This document shows positions 9,306 through 18,575 of a DNA stretch of 64,000 nt, piece by piece. The DNA lies in contig CACNUO010000004.1 of assembly GCA_902623585.1 (NCBI GenBank), positions 2,479-66,478 on the forward strand. Direction: 5' to 3'. Made by a program: the position numbers and the translations under genes. The notes below the pieces were generated by a model, which had not been told where the DNA came from, did no database searches, and saw only the letters and a program-made list of their open reading frames with translations. Positions within the stretch are counted from its first letter, which is position 1. Each line of letters begins with the position of its first letter. The stretch comes from an uncultured Alphaproteobacteria bacterium (lineage in GTDB: Bacteria; Pseudomonadota; Alphaproteobacteria; HIMB59; GCA-002718135).

Positions 9306-10310
9306 ATGAAAAAACTATTATCTATCTTTGCAGTTGTAGCATTTGCTTTTTCAGCACATGCTGGAACTCTTGATGATGTTAAAAATAGAGGTTTTCTAAA
9401 ATGTGGAGTAACAACTGGTCTTGCTGGTTTTGCTGCTCCAGATGATAGCGGTGAATGGGCTGGTCTAGATGCAGATATGTGTCGTGCAGTTGCTGTAGCT
9501 GTTTTTGGAGACCGTTCAAAAGTAGAATTTATTACTACTACAGGTAAATCTCGTTTCCCAACATTAGCTTCAGGTGAAGTTGATATGTTAGCGAGAAATA
9601 CAACTTGGACAATTAGCCGTGATGTTAATCTTGGTTTTGAGTTCGTAGGTGTAAACTTCTACGATGGACAAGGTTTCATGGTTCCATCTGCTCTTGGTGT
9701 ATCAAGTGCAACTGAGCTTGATGGTGCTACTGTATGTATCCAAACTGGTACTACTACAGAGTTAAACCTTGCTGACTTCTTTAGATTAAATGGAATTAGC
9801 TACGAAGCACTTCCAATTGAAACTAATGATGAAGGTAAAGAAAACTTATTTGCTGGAAGATGTGACGTATACACAACTGATGCTTCAGGTCTTTCTTCAA
9901 CAAGAGCTGCTGCTTCTAATCCAGATAAATGGGTTGTATTACCAGAAATTATTTCAAAAGAACCACTTGGTCCACTTGTAAGACATGGTGATCACCAGTG
10001 GGGTGACGTAGTTCGTTGGTCTTTAAATGCAATGATTATTGCTGAAGAACTAGGAATTACATCTGAAAACGTTGATGCTCAAACGAGCTCTAATGTTCCT
10101 GAAGTACTAAGACTTCTTGGTGTTGAAGGTAACTATGGAGAAATGCTTGAGTTAAGTAATGATTGGGCTTACCAAATTATCAAACAAATTGGTAACTACT
10201 CTGAATCTTACGAAGCAAACGTAGGTCCAGACACACCTCTAGAAATTGCAAGAGGTTTAAATGCTCTATGGACTCAAGGTGGTATTTTATACGCACCTCC
10301 ATTCAGATAA
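9306..10310 (+). CDS. aapJ: General L-amino acid ABC transporter substrate-binding protein
   Basis: Signal peptide, RNTTWT, FYDGQGFMV, ISKEPLGP, C-terminal GGILYAPPFR; strong GGAGA RBS. Confidence 0.93.
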   Translation: MKKLLSIFAVVAFAFSAHAGTLDDVKNRGFLKCGVTTGLAGFAAPDDSGEWAGLDADMCRAVAVAVFGDRSKVEFITTTGKSRFPTLASGEVDMLARNTTWTISRDVNLGFEFVGVNFYDGQGFMVPSALGVSSATELDGATVCIQTGTTTELNLADFFRLNGISYEALPIETNDEGKENLFAGRCDVYTTDASGLSSTRAAASNPDKWVVLPEIISKEPLGPLVRHGDHQWGDVVRWSLNAMIIAEELGITSENVDAQTSSNVPEVLRLLGVEGNYGEMLELSNDWAYQIIKQIGNYSESYEANVGPDTPLEIARGLNALWTQGGILYAPPFR

Positions 10311-10330
10311 ATCTTAATTAAATTTAAAAC

Positions 10331-10358
10331 GGGGGGTTTTAAACCCCCCATTTTTTTT
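10331..10358 (+). terminator. Intrinsic terminator/attenuator between aapJ and aapQ
   Basis: GGGGGG-TTTTAAA-CCCCCC hairpin followed by A and T8. Confidence 0.8.
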
Positions 10359-10371
10359 GTATATACAAGCA

Positions 10372-11535
10372 ATGCGATCTAACTTAGGTTTTTTTTCTGA
10401 TGAAAAATTTAGATCCATTTTTTTTCAAACTTTAGTTGTAGGTTTATTTGCCTTAGGTTTGTTCTTTGTAATTACTACAACTTCTTACAACTTAGAAAAA
10501 AGAAATATTGCGACTGGTTGGAGTTTTCTTCAAAATCCAGCTGGCTTTGATATAAGTTTTTCACCTTTTTTAGAATTTAAATCTACTGATACTCACTTAA
10601 AAGTTTATTTTGTTGGTGTTTTAAATACTCTTTTAGTTTCTGTTACAGGATGTATAGCTGCAACAATTTTAGGCTTTATATTGGGTATAGTAAGGCTATC
10701 TTCAAATTGGTTGTTAAGTCGACTAGTTTATATTTACGTTGAATTTTCAAGAAATGTTCCTTTACTTCTTCAAATAATTTTATGGTATAGTATTTTAATT
10801 CAACTACCTCGTGTAAAGCAATCACTTCAAGTTCTTGATGTATTTTATATTTCAAACAGAGGATTGTATTCTCCAAGACCAATATTTGAAAGTGGATTTT
10901 CATATGTATCCATTGCAATTGTATTAGCTTTAATTTCAAGTTTCTTAATTAATAGATGGGCAAAAAAAAGACAAGATAAGACAGGCCAACAATTCCCCGT
11001 ATTCTCAAGTTCAATTGGATTGATATTCATTGTTCCATTAATTTTATTTTTTATTCTTGGCTCACCTTTGTCTTTTGAGCATCCAGAATTAAAAGGTTTT
11101 AACTTTAAAGGTGGTCTAGTTATTAGACCTGAATTTATAGCAATGTTTTTAGCATTATCAATCTACACTGCAGCCTTCATTTCTGAAATTGTGAGAGCAG
11201 GTATAATGTCTGTTTCAAAAGGACAAAGAGAGGCTTCAGCTGCTATAGGCTTAAAACAAACATGGATAATGAGACTAATCATTATTCCTCAAGCTCTCAG
11301 AGTGATTGTACCTCCACTAACAAGTCAGTATCTAAACTTAACTAAAAATTCTTCTTTAGGAATTGCTGTAGGATATGCTGACCTTGTTCACGGTTTTGGA
11401 GGAATAAGTTTAAATCAAACTGGTCAAGCTATTGAATGTATGGCTATTGTTATGGCAACTTATTTGTCAATTAGTCTTACAATATCTTTCTTTATGAACA
11501 TTTATAATAGAAGTATACAATTTAAGGAAAAGTAA
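10372..11535 (+). CDS. aapQ: Amino acid ABC transporter permease
   Basis: YVEFSRNVPLLLQI, EIVRAGI, GQREAS, NLTKNSSL. ATG 10372 preferred over TTG 10357, which lies in the terminator tail. Confidence 0.9.
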   Translation: MRSNLGFFSDEKFRSIFFQTLVVGLFALGLFFVITTTSYNLEKRNIATGWSFLQNPAGFDISFSPFLEFKSTDTHLKVYFVGVLNTLLVSVTGCIAATILGFILGIVRLSSNWLLSRLVYIYVEFSRNVPLLLQIILWYSILIQLPRVKQSLQVLDVFYISNRGLYSPRPIFESGFSYVSIAIVLALISSFLINRWAKKRQDKTGQQFPVFSSSIGLIFIVPLILFFILGSPLSFEHPELKGFNFKGGLVIRPEFIAMFLALSIYTAAFISEIVRAGIMSVSKGQREASAAIGLKQTWIMRLIIIPQALRVIVPPLTSQYLNLTKNSSLGIAVGYADLVHGFGGISLNQTGQAIECMAIVMATYLSISLTISFFMNIYNRSIQFKEK

Positions 11536-12668
11536 TGAACGAAATGAATGAAGTTAGAAAACCACCAGTAGCAACAACAGGTATTATTGGTTGGTTAAGA
11601 ATTAATTTATTCTTCAATTGGACAAACTCATTAATAACTCTATTTGTTGTTTATTGTTTGTATCAGTTTATTCCTTGGATTTTAGATTGGACAATATTTT
11701 CAGCTGACTTTAAATATAATTATCTTGGTGAACAAATAACTAACCAAGAAATGTGTTCACGAAATTTAGATCCTGAAAATGGGGGAGCTTGTTGGGCAGT
11801 TATATATGTAAGGTTTTATCAATTTATTTATGGATTTTATCCAAAGGTTGAAGTTTGGAGAGTTAATTTAGCGTATATTATGCTAGCTTTTGCGCTGCTA
11901 CCTCTTTTGTATGCAAAACTTCCATATAGAAAGTACTTCTTATATTTTACATACATTTTTCCTGTTATTGCTTATTTTTTACTTAATGGTGGATTGGGAT
12001 TTACTGAAGTATCTACTAACAAATGGGGTGGTCTTCTAGTAACACTCGTCCTAGGCTGTACAGGAATTGCATTAGCTTTTCCTATAGGAATTATGTTGGC
12101 TTTAGGTCGAAGATCTAAATTACCAGTTATAAGCATGATGTGCACATTGTTTATTGAGTTTATTAGAGGTGTTCCTCTTATAACTTTATTATTCTTTGGA
12201 ATGGTAATGCTTCCTCTTTTTTTACCAGAAGGAATAGATATGGATGGTTTGGTAAGAGTTCTTGTTGCAGTTACTTTATTTCAATCCGCTTATATGGCAG
12301 AGGTTATAAGAGGAGGACTACAGGCAATACCTCCTGGTCAATATGAAGCTGCTAAATCACTTGGGATGTCTTATTGGAGAATGAATTTATTAATAATACT
12401 TCCTCAAGCTATTAGAATTTCCATACCACCAATTGTCAACACATCTATAGGTTTATTTAAGGATACAACTTTAGTTATTATTGTAGGAATATTGGATTTA
12501 TTAGGAATTGGAAGAGGTACTTTAGCGGATACCAATTGGTTAGGTTTATCTTATGAAATTTACTTTTTTGTAAGTTTGGTATTCTTTATATTCACATTTG
12601 GAATGTCTAGATACAGTTTGTATTTGGAAAAGAAATTAAAAACAGGTATTAATATGGGGGCTGATTAA
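11535..12668 (+). CDS. aapM: Amino acid ABC transporter permease
   Basis: [40 protein letters not shown]. Confidence 0.9.
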   Translation: MNEMNEVRKPPVATTGIIGWLRINLFFNWTNSLITLFVVYCLYQFIPWILDWTIFSADFKYNYLGEQITNQEMCSRNLDPENGGACWAVIYVRFYQFIYGFYPKVEVWRVNLAYIMLAFALLPLLYAKLPYRKYFLYFTYIFPVIAYFLLNGGLGFTEVSTNKWGGLLVTLVLGCTGIALAFPIGIMLALGRRSKLPVISMMCTLFIEFIRGVPLITLLFFGMVMLPLFLPEGIDMDGLVRVLVAVTLFQSAYMAEVIRGGLQAIPPGQYEAAKSLGMSYWRMNLLIILPQAIRISIPPIVNTSIGLFKDTTLVIIVGILDLLGIGRGTLADTNWLGLSYEIYFFVSLVFFIFTFGMSRYSLYLEKKLKTGINMGAD

Positions 12669-12669
12669 A

Positions 12670-13413
12670 ATGAGTGAAGAATCTATAATTTCATTAAAAA
12701 ATGTTAACAAGTGGTTTGGAGATTTTCATGTATTACAAGATGTAAATCTTGAAGTTAAGAAGAAAGAAAGAATTGTAGTTTGTGGCCCTTCTGGTTCTGG
12801 TAAATCTACAATGATCAGATGTATTAATAGATTGGAAGAGCACCAAGAAGGTTCAATTGTTGTTGATGGAATTGAGTTAACAGGAAATTTAAAAAATATT
12901 GATAATGTTAGAAAAGAAGTTGGAATGGTATTCCAGCAATTTAACTTATTCCCTCATTTATCTGTAAAAGAAAATATAACGTTAGCTCCAATTTGGGTTA
13001 AAAAAATGCCAAAGGCAGAAGCAGAGGAACTAGCTATGAGACAGTTAGAAATAGTAAAAATTCCTGAACAAGCCAACAAGTATCCTGGTCAACTATCTGG
13101 CGGTCAACAACAAAGAGTAGCAATTGCTCGATCTCTTGCAATGAATCCTAACATCATGCTTTTTGATGAACCAACTTCAGCTCTAGATCCTGAAATGATT
13201 AAAGAAGTTTTAGATGTTATGGTTGATTTGGCAAATGGTGGAATGACTATGATTGTTGTTACTCACGAAATGGGTTTTGCCAAGACAGTAGCTGATAGAA
13301 TGGTTTTTATGGATGAAGGTAAAATTGTTGAGGAAGCTAGCCCAGATAAGTTTTTTAATAATCCAGAGAGTGATCGTACAAAGTTATTTTTAAGTCAGAT
13401 TCTTCATCAGTAA
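12670..13413 (+). CDS. aapP: Amino acid ABC transporter ATP-binding protein
   Basis: [41 protein letters not shown]. Confidence 0.94.
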   Translation: MSEESIISLKNVNKWFGDFHVLQDVNLEVKKKERIVVCGPSGSGKSTMIRCINRLEEHQEGSIVVDGIELTGNLKNIDNVRKEVGMVFQQFNLFPHLSVKENITLAPIWVKKMPKAEAEELAMRQLEIVKIPEQANKYPGQLSGGQQQRVAIARSLAMNPNIMLFDEPTSALDPEMIKEVLDVMVDLANGGMTMIVVTHEMGFAKTVADRMVFMDEGKIVEEASPDKFFNNPESDRTKLFLSQILHQ

Positions 13414-13414
13414 T

Positions 13415-14116
13415 TTAAGAAGATAACAATAAATTAACTCTTCTATTCATTTTACCTTTGTTTTCTATTTTGCCGATTTGAATCTTACCAATCTCATTAG
13501 TTGATTTCACATGTGTGCCGCCACAAGGTTGTAAATCAATATCACCAATTCTAATTAATCTTATTTTACCATCTACTTGAGGAGGTTTTACCGACATAGT
13601 TCTGACTAGCTCAGGTTTTTCTTCCAATATACTACTTTCAATTACTTCACTAGTAACGGTATGATTATCTTCAACCAACAAATTTATTTTTTCTTCTAAT
13701 TCTTCTTTATTTATTTGTTTATCTGGATCATTAAAATCTAATCGACTTTTTTCATAACCAATTTGACCGCCAGTTACTCCTAAAGGGACTATAGAACACA
13801 ACAAGTGTAGTGCAGTATGCATTCTCATATGCTTGTATCTTAAATCCCAATTTATTTTTCCAATTATGTCAGTATTCTCTGCAAGATCTTTGAGGTCATC
13901 TACAATATTTATTATTTTATTATTTTCTTTAATAGTATCTAAAACTTGTATTTTTATACTTTCAGCTTCTATTGCACCTGTGTCCCCAGGTTGACCACCA
14001 CTTTTTGCATAAAATGCTGTCTTATCTAACTCAATACGATTTTCTTCTTTTACAATACCTATAATTGTTGCTTTAAATTCTTTAAGGTATGCATCATCTT
14101 CGAATAATTTTGTCAT
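13415..14116 (-). CDS. Free-standing alanyl-tRNA editing protein (AlaX-M type)
   Basis: FYAKSGGQPGDTG, HTALHLL, CGGTHV zinc motifs. Confidence 0.9.
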   Translation of the reverse strand: MTKLFEDDAYLKEFKATIIGIVKEENRIELDKTAFYAKSGGQPGDTGAIEAESIKIQVLDTIKENNKIINIVDDLKDLAENTDIIGKINWDLRYKHMRMHTALHLLCSIVPLGVTGGQIGYEKSRLDFNDPDKQINKEELEEKINLLVEDNHTVTSEVIESSILEEKPELVRTMSVKPPQVDGKIRLIRIGDIDLQPCGGTHVKSTNEIGKIQIGKIENKGKMNRRVNLLLSS

Positions 14117-14178
14117 AGCGTTTTTTAACAGTATTTTAAAAATATTATATTGACTTTTTTCTCATTCTGAATAAATTA

Positions 14179-14193
14179 GAACAAAAGTAGAAC
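14179..14193 (+). promoter_or_regulatory. Alphaproteobacterial LexA (SOS) box upstream of umuD
   Basis: GAAC-AAAAGTA-GAAC is an exact GAAC-N7-GAAC, just downstream of a candidate promoter TTGACT(14150)-N16-TAAATT(14172). Confidence 0.8.
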
Positions 14194-14255
14194 AAATAAT
14201 TTTATAAATAATATAATTATTATTTATCAATTATTTAAATATTTTTTCTAATATT

Positions 14256-14693
14256 ATGTCTAAAAAAATAGAAAACTTAATATTTAAAGCTGAATCCAAA
14301 GGAGATCAAATAACACCTTATTTTCTTGATACAGTATCTGCAGGTTTTCCATCTCCAGCTACTGATTATATGGAAAACAAACTTGATCTTAATGAATATT
14401 TGGTTCAACGTCCAACAGCAACCTATATCGTTAAAGCTAATGGCCCTTCTATGACCGATGCAGGCATATTATCAGGTGATTTACTTATTGTTGATAGAAG
14501 TATTACACCTCGTAATGACAATATTGTTATAGCCTCCATCTTTGGTGACCTAACAGTTAAAAAACTGAAAAAGAAAGATCAGTCACTATTTTTAATTTCT
14601 GCCAATAGTGAGTATCCTAGTATTCAAGTTAAAGAAGAAATGGAGTGTTTTATATGGGGGGTAGTGACATATGTCATACACAAAACTACTTAA
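14256..14693 (+). CDS. umuD: DNA polymerase V subunit UmuD (S24 peptidase)
   Basis: VSAGFPSPA cleavage site, GPSM (Ser), TVKKL (Lys), IWGVVTYVIH. Confidence 0.92.
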   Translation: MSKKIENLIFKAESKGDQITPYFLDTVSAGFPSPATDYMENKLDLNEYLVQRPTATYIVKANGPSMTDAGILSGDLLIVDRSITPRNDNIVIASIFGDLTVKKLKKKDQSLFLISANSEYPSIQVKEEMECFIWGVVTYVIHKTT

Positions 14694-15975
14694 TAGAAAT
14701 CATAACGCAGTAAATCAATCTATAGCCTTAATAGACTGTAACAATTTTTATGCGTCATGTGAAAGAATATTTAATCCAAAACTTATAGGAAAACCAATTG
14801 TCGTACTTTCCAATAATGATGGCTGTATCATTGCACGATCAAAAGAAGCAAAAAAATTAGGGATAAAAATGGGTGAACCTTATTTTAAAGCAAAAAATAT
14901 TATTGAAAAAAATGATGTTAAAGTTTTTTCATCTAACTATTCTTTATATGGCGATATTTCTCAGAGAGTAATGGAGACTTTATCAAGTTTCTCTTCAGAG
15001 GTAGAAATCTACTCCATAGATGAAGCATTTCTTGGTTTAAATGGTTTTGAGAACTATGAATTAAACACTTATTGCAGACATATTAGACAAACAATTAAGA
15101 GGTGGGTTGGTATCCCAGTTAGTATTGGAGTGGGCCCAACAAAAACACTATCAAAAATAGCTAATCATTTAGCAAAAAAACAACCAGACTATAAAGGTGT
15201 GTGTATACTAAAAAATAAAATAGAAATAAAAAAAGCATTAGAATTAACATTCATTGAAGAAGTATGGGGCATTGGAAGAAGATTATCTCTTTTTCTGAAA
15301 AAATATAATATTCATAATGCTTATCAATTTTCACAAATCGACAGAGGATGGATAAGAAAAAATATGGGTGTAGTGGGAGAGAAGACATATCTAGAATTAA
15401 ATAGTGTATCGTGTTTAGAACTTGATTTGGTTCCAAGTGATAAACAAAGTTGTTGTGTCTCAAGATCATTTAGTCAGCCAATAGAAAAATTATTTGATTT
15501 GGAGGAGTCAATATCAACTTATGGATCAAGAGTATCAGAGAAGATAAGGGAAGAGGGGTTAGTCGCTGAGTCGATGAGTATTTTTGTTTTGACAAATCAT
15601 TTTAATAGAAGAGAGAAGCAATATTCAAATTCAATAAAACTACATTTACCTTTTCCAACAAATAATAGCATAAAAATTGTTAAAAGAGCTCTTGAAGGAA
15701 TTAGAAAAATATATCGACCAGGATTTCGTTATAAAAAAGCTGGAATTATATTATATGGTCTTAGCAGGCACAATGTAACTAGAGGATTGCTTGATTATGA
15801 CCGTGATACATCGGATAGAATAATGAATACTATTGATAATATTAATTCTAGATATGGAAGTTCAACGTTAAAGATAGCTTCTGAAGGTATAGAAAAAATA
15901 TGGAAGATGAAAAGAGAAAACGTATCCCCATGTTATACAACACGTTTTGAAGAATTGGTGGAAGTTAAGGCTTAG
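14671..15975 (+). CDS. umuC: DNA polymerase V subunit UmuC (Y family)
   Basis: IDCNNFYASCER, VLSNNDGC, SSNYSLYGD, YSIDEAF, C-terminal SPCYTT. Confidence 0.93.
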   Translation: MSYTKLLNRNHNAVNQSIALIDCNNFYASCERIFNPKLIGKPIVVLSNNDGCIIARSKEAKKLGIKMGEPYFKAKNIIEKNDVKVFSSNYSLYGDISQRVMETLSSFSSEVEIYSIDEAFLGLNGFENYELNTYCRHIRQTIKRWVGIPVSIGVGPTKTLSKIANHLAKKQPDYKGVCILKNKIEIKKALELTFIEEVWGIGRRLSLFLKKYNIHNAYQFSQIDRGWIRKNMGVVGEKTYLELNSVSCLELDLVPSDKQSCCVSRSFSQPIEKLFDLEESISTYGSRVSEKIREEGLVAESMSIFVLTNHFNRREKQYSNSIKLHLPFPTNNSIKIVKRALEGIRKIYRPGFRYKKAGIILYGLSRHNVTRGLLDYDRDTSDRIMNTIDNINSRYGSSTLKIASEGIEKIWKMKRENVSPCYTTRFEELVEVKA

Positions 15976-15981
15976 ATAAAA

Positions 15982-16056
15982 TGGCTCCCCGGGCCGGGCT
16001 CGAACCAGCGACCGATCGGTTAACAGCCGATTGCTCTACCACTGAGCTACCGAGGA
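15982..16056 (-). tRNA. tRNA-Asn(GTT)
   Basis: Reverse complement TCCTCGG...ATCGG-CTGTTAA-CCGAT...TTCGAG...CCGGGGAGCCA. Confidence 0.96.
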
Positions 16057-16103
16057 ACACAATTTTGTTGATAATAAAAAAAAATTAAAAAACAAGAAAA
16101 ATT

Positions 16104-16177
16104 TGGAGGCTCGGAGCGGAATCGAACCGCTGTGCAAGGCTTTGCAGGCCCCTACATCACCACTCTGCCACCGAGCC
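16104..16177 (-). tRNA. tRNA-Cys(GCA)
   Basis: Reverse complement GGCTCGG...GGGGC-CTGCAAA-GCCTT...TTCGATT...CCGAGCCTCCA. Confidence 0.96.
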
Positions 16178-16301
16178 TAAAAAAAATGACAATTATCACT
16201 ATATTATTTCTAGTCAATTAATGAAAAAAAATTCTAAAGATTAATAATATAATTTAAATAATTGATTATATAGTAGGTTTATATAAAGCATCCTTTAAGA
16301 A

Positions 16302-16961
16302 ATGAGTGAAACATTTGAAATTGCAAGAAAAAATATGGTTGTTAATCAGTTAAGACCAAACAAAATTAATGAAGAAAATATCTTACAAATATTTGAAAAT
16401 ACTCCTAAAGAAAATTATTTGGATGTCAGCTTAGGTAAGAATTGTTACCTAGATAATAATTTAGATATAACTCACAAAAGAGGATATCTTAAAAATTTAC
16501 ATCTAGCTCAAATTATAAAATATTCGAAAATTTTACCTAATGATAAGGTATTGCATATAGGCGGCTTAACAGGCTACTTTTCTGCTTTAGTTAGCTCACT
16601 ATGTAAAGAACTTCATGTTGTAGAAGAAAATAGAGAACTATTTAAATTATTAGAACATAATATTAACAATACTGATAATACTAATATTACTTTATTTAAT
16701 CATAATTTATTAGATGGATTATCTGATAAAGCGCCATTTAGCTTAATTATTATTGACGGACCTATATTTAAAATAACTGATAAGTTAAAGAATCAACTAG
16801 CAATGAATGGAGGAAGGTTAATATATATTAAAAAAATATATGATAATTTGGGTAAAGCTTATAAAATTATAAGAAATGAAGATTTGTATTCATCTGAGTA
16901 TTTATTTGATGTAATGTGTAGTTATCAAATTCAAGAACAACAAGAGGATTTTAAATTTTAA
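16302..16961 (+). CDS. Protein-L-isoaspartate O-methyltransferase-like protein (divergent paralog)
   Basis: ARKNMVVNQLRP, VLHIGGLTGY, APFSLIIIDG, QLAMNGGRL; conserved position upstream of tolC. Confidence 0.8.
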   Translation: MSETFEIARKNMVVNQLRPNKINEENILQIFENTPKENYLDVSLGKNCYLDNNLDITHKRGYLKNLHLAQIIKYSKILPNDKVLHIGGLTGYFSALVSSLCKELHVVEENRELFKLLEHNINNTDNTNITLFNHNLLDGLSDKAPFSLIIIDGPIFKITDKLKNQLAMNGGRLIYIKKIYDNLGKAYKIIRNEDLYSSEYLFDVMCSYQIQEQQEDFKF

Positions 16962-18248
16962 ATGAGATCATTTATATTTTTGTTATTACTTATTTATTCT
17001 AAATCTATATTTGCTCTATCGATTGATGATTCTGTAAAAAGTACGATTGCAAATAATTTGAAAGTAAAAATTGCTTTTGAAAAACTGAATGAAAGCAAAG
17101 AAACTATTGAGGTAGCTATAGGTAAAAAACTTCCAACAGTTACTGGCACAATTTCTGGTACATATAGTAATAGTGATACAACATCAGCAGCTGGTGTATC
17201 AACAACACCAGAGACTTTTACAGATAAATATAAAATTAGTATTACTCAAAATTTGTATGATGGCGGAGAAAAAAGTTTAGAAATAGAAAGATCAAAAATT
17301 ATTTACGAAAATGCAGTTGTAAACTTTTATAAAACAGTTCAAGATTTATCGCTAACAGCTGTAGAAGGTTATTTAACCGTAATAAATTATGAAAAATCAT
17401 TAGAAGCTTCTAAAAAAAATTTTGATTCTGTTTCAAGATTTTTAGAAGAAGTAAAATTAAAATATGAATTGGGATCAGCAACCATAACTGAATTGAAAAA
17501 TGCTGAGAGCGCTTTTTCAATTGCTAAAACAAATCTTTTTTCAGCCGAACAAAACTACAAAGTCAGTTTAAAAACATTTAAATCAATTGTTGGTAAAGAA
17601 GCTATTAATTTAGAAGATTATGTAAATATAGAAGACGATTTGAATTTTGATAATATACTTTCTGAAGTTTATAAGAATAATTTTAATATTTTAATTGCTC
17701 AAAATAATATTAAAATTAAAGAACTTGATCTCTCAAAAGAAAAAGGTTCTAATAGACCTACCCTAGATATAACAGCTTCCACTGAGTATTCGGATGGTTC
17801 ACGAATAGATGCGGGAAGTGCAAATACCAATGCAACAATAGGGCTAACTTTAACAATTCCTATATTTCAGCAAAACATTGACAAATCAGACATTAGAAAA
17901 ATAAATTCTCAAATTTTACAAACTGAAATTGAGTTAGAGGATCTTAAAGAAAGTTTAAATATTGAGGTATCAAACTATTATAAAAACTATTTAGTTAGTA
18001 AATCAAATTTAAATACCTCTTTATTAACTATAGAGTACGCAAATACTCTTCTAGAAAGTACTCAAGAGGAATACAACCTTGGGACAAAATCTATCACTGA
18101 TCTAATAGAAGCAGAAACTAATCTTTTAAACGTAAATGTTGAATATTTTAATGCAAATAAAAGCTATCTGATTAATTATTTTAATTTACTAGCTTTAGAT
18201 GGTTCACTGATTAAATTATTTGAGGAATATCTTCCTAGCTATAATTAG
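16962..18248 (+). CDS. tolC: TolC family outer membrane efflux protein
   Basis: Signal peptide, two OEP repeats (QNLYDGG; LTIPIFQ; YELGSAT/YNLGTKS); sits in the pcm-tolC-popZ-valS synteny. Confidence 0.85.
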   Translation: MRSFIFLLLLIYSKSIFALSIDDSVKSTIANNLKVKIAFEKLNESKETIEVAIGKKLPTVTGTISGTYSNSDTTSAAGVSTTPETFTDKYKISITQNLYDGGEKSLEIERSKIIYENAVVNFYKTVQDLSLTAVEGYLTVINYEKSLEASKKNFDSVSRFLEEVKLKYELGSATITELKNAESAFSIAKTNLFSAEQNYKVSLKTFKSIVGKEAINLEDYVNIEDDLNFDNILSEVYKNNFNILIAQNNIKIKELDLSKEKGSNRPTLDITASTEYSDGSRIDAGSANTNATIGLTLTIPIFQQNIDKSDIRKINSQILQTEIELEDLKESLNIEVSNYYKNYLVSKSNLNTSLLTIEYANTLLESTQEEYNLGTKSITDLIEAETNLLNVNVEYFNANKSYLINYFNLLALDGSLIKLFEEYLPSYN

Positions 18249-18285
18249 AGTTTTATTAATTTAATTAAACATTTATAATACCTAT

Positions 18286-18570
18286 ATGAATACAAAAAAT
18301 TCTATCAATGAATCTCTTGAAGTCATACGAAGAGCACTTGAAGATGAAAAAAACAATTCAAATAAACATTCTTCATCTAATATTTTACTACTTAATCAAA
18401 AGGTTAACAGTGATGGTACAATAAAATTACTTCAAAAAGATGAAGAGATAAATAGTGAAATTAATGATATTATAGACCAAAAACTCTCCTATCTTGTAGA
18501 AAATAAAATTGAAAAAATACTCGATGAGAAAATCCCAAAATTACTAAAAAATTATTTCGATTCAAAATAG
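18286..18570 (+). CDS. popZ: Small PopZ-like pole-organizing protein (DUF2497)
   Basis: N-terminal SINESLEVIRRALEDE resembles the PopZ H1 helix (SMEEILASIRRIISED); helical C-terminus ILDEKIPKLL; canonical tolC-valS position. Confidence 0.6.
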   Translation: MNTKNSINESLEVIRRALEDEKNNSNKHSSSNILLLNQKVNSDGTIKLLQKDEEINSEINDIIDQKLSYLVENKIEKILDEKIPKLLKNYFDSK

Positions 18571-18575
18571 TTACG

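Noticed and set aside
14256-16177. umuDC plus tRNAs as a prophage or ICE remnant
   Set aside because: No mobility genes or direct repeats, and the native-type LexA box suggests a resident locus.
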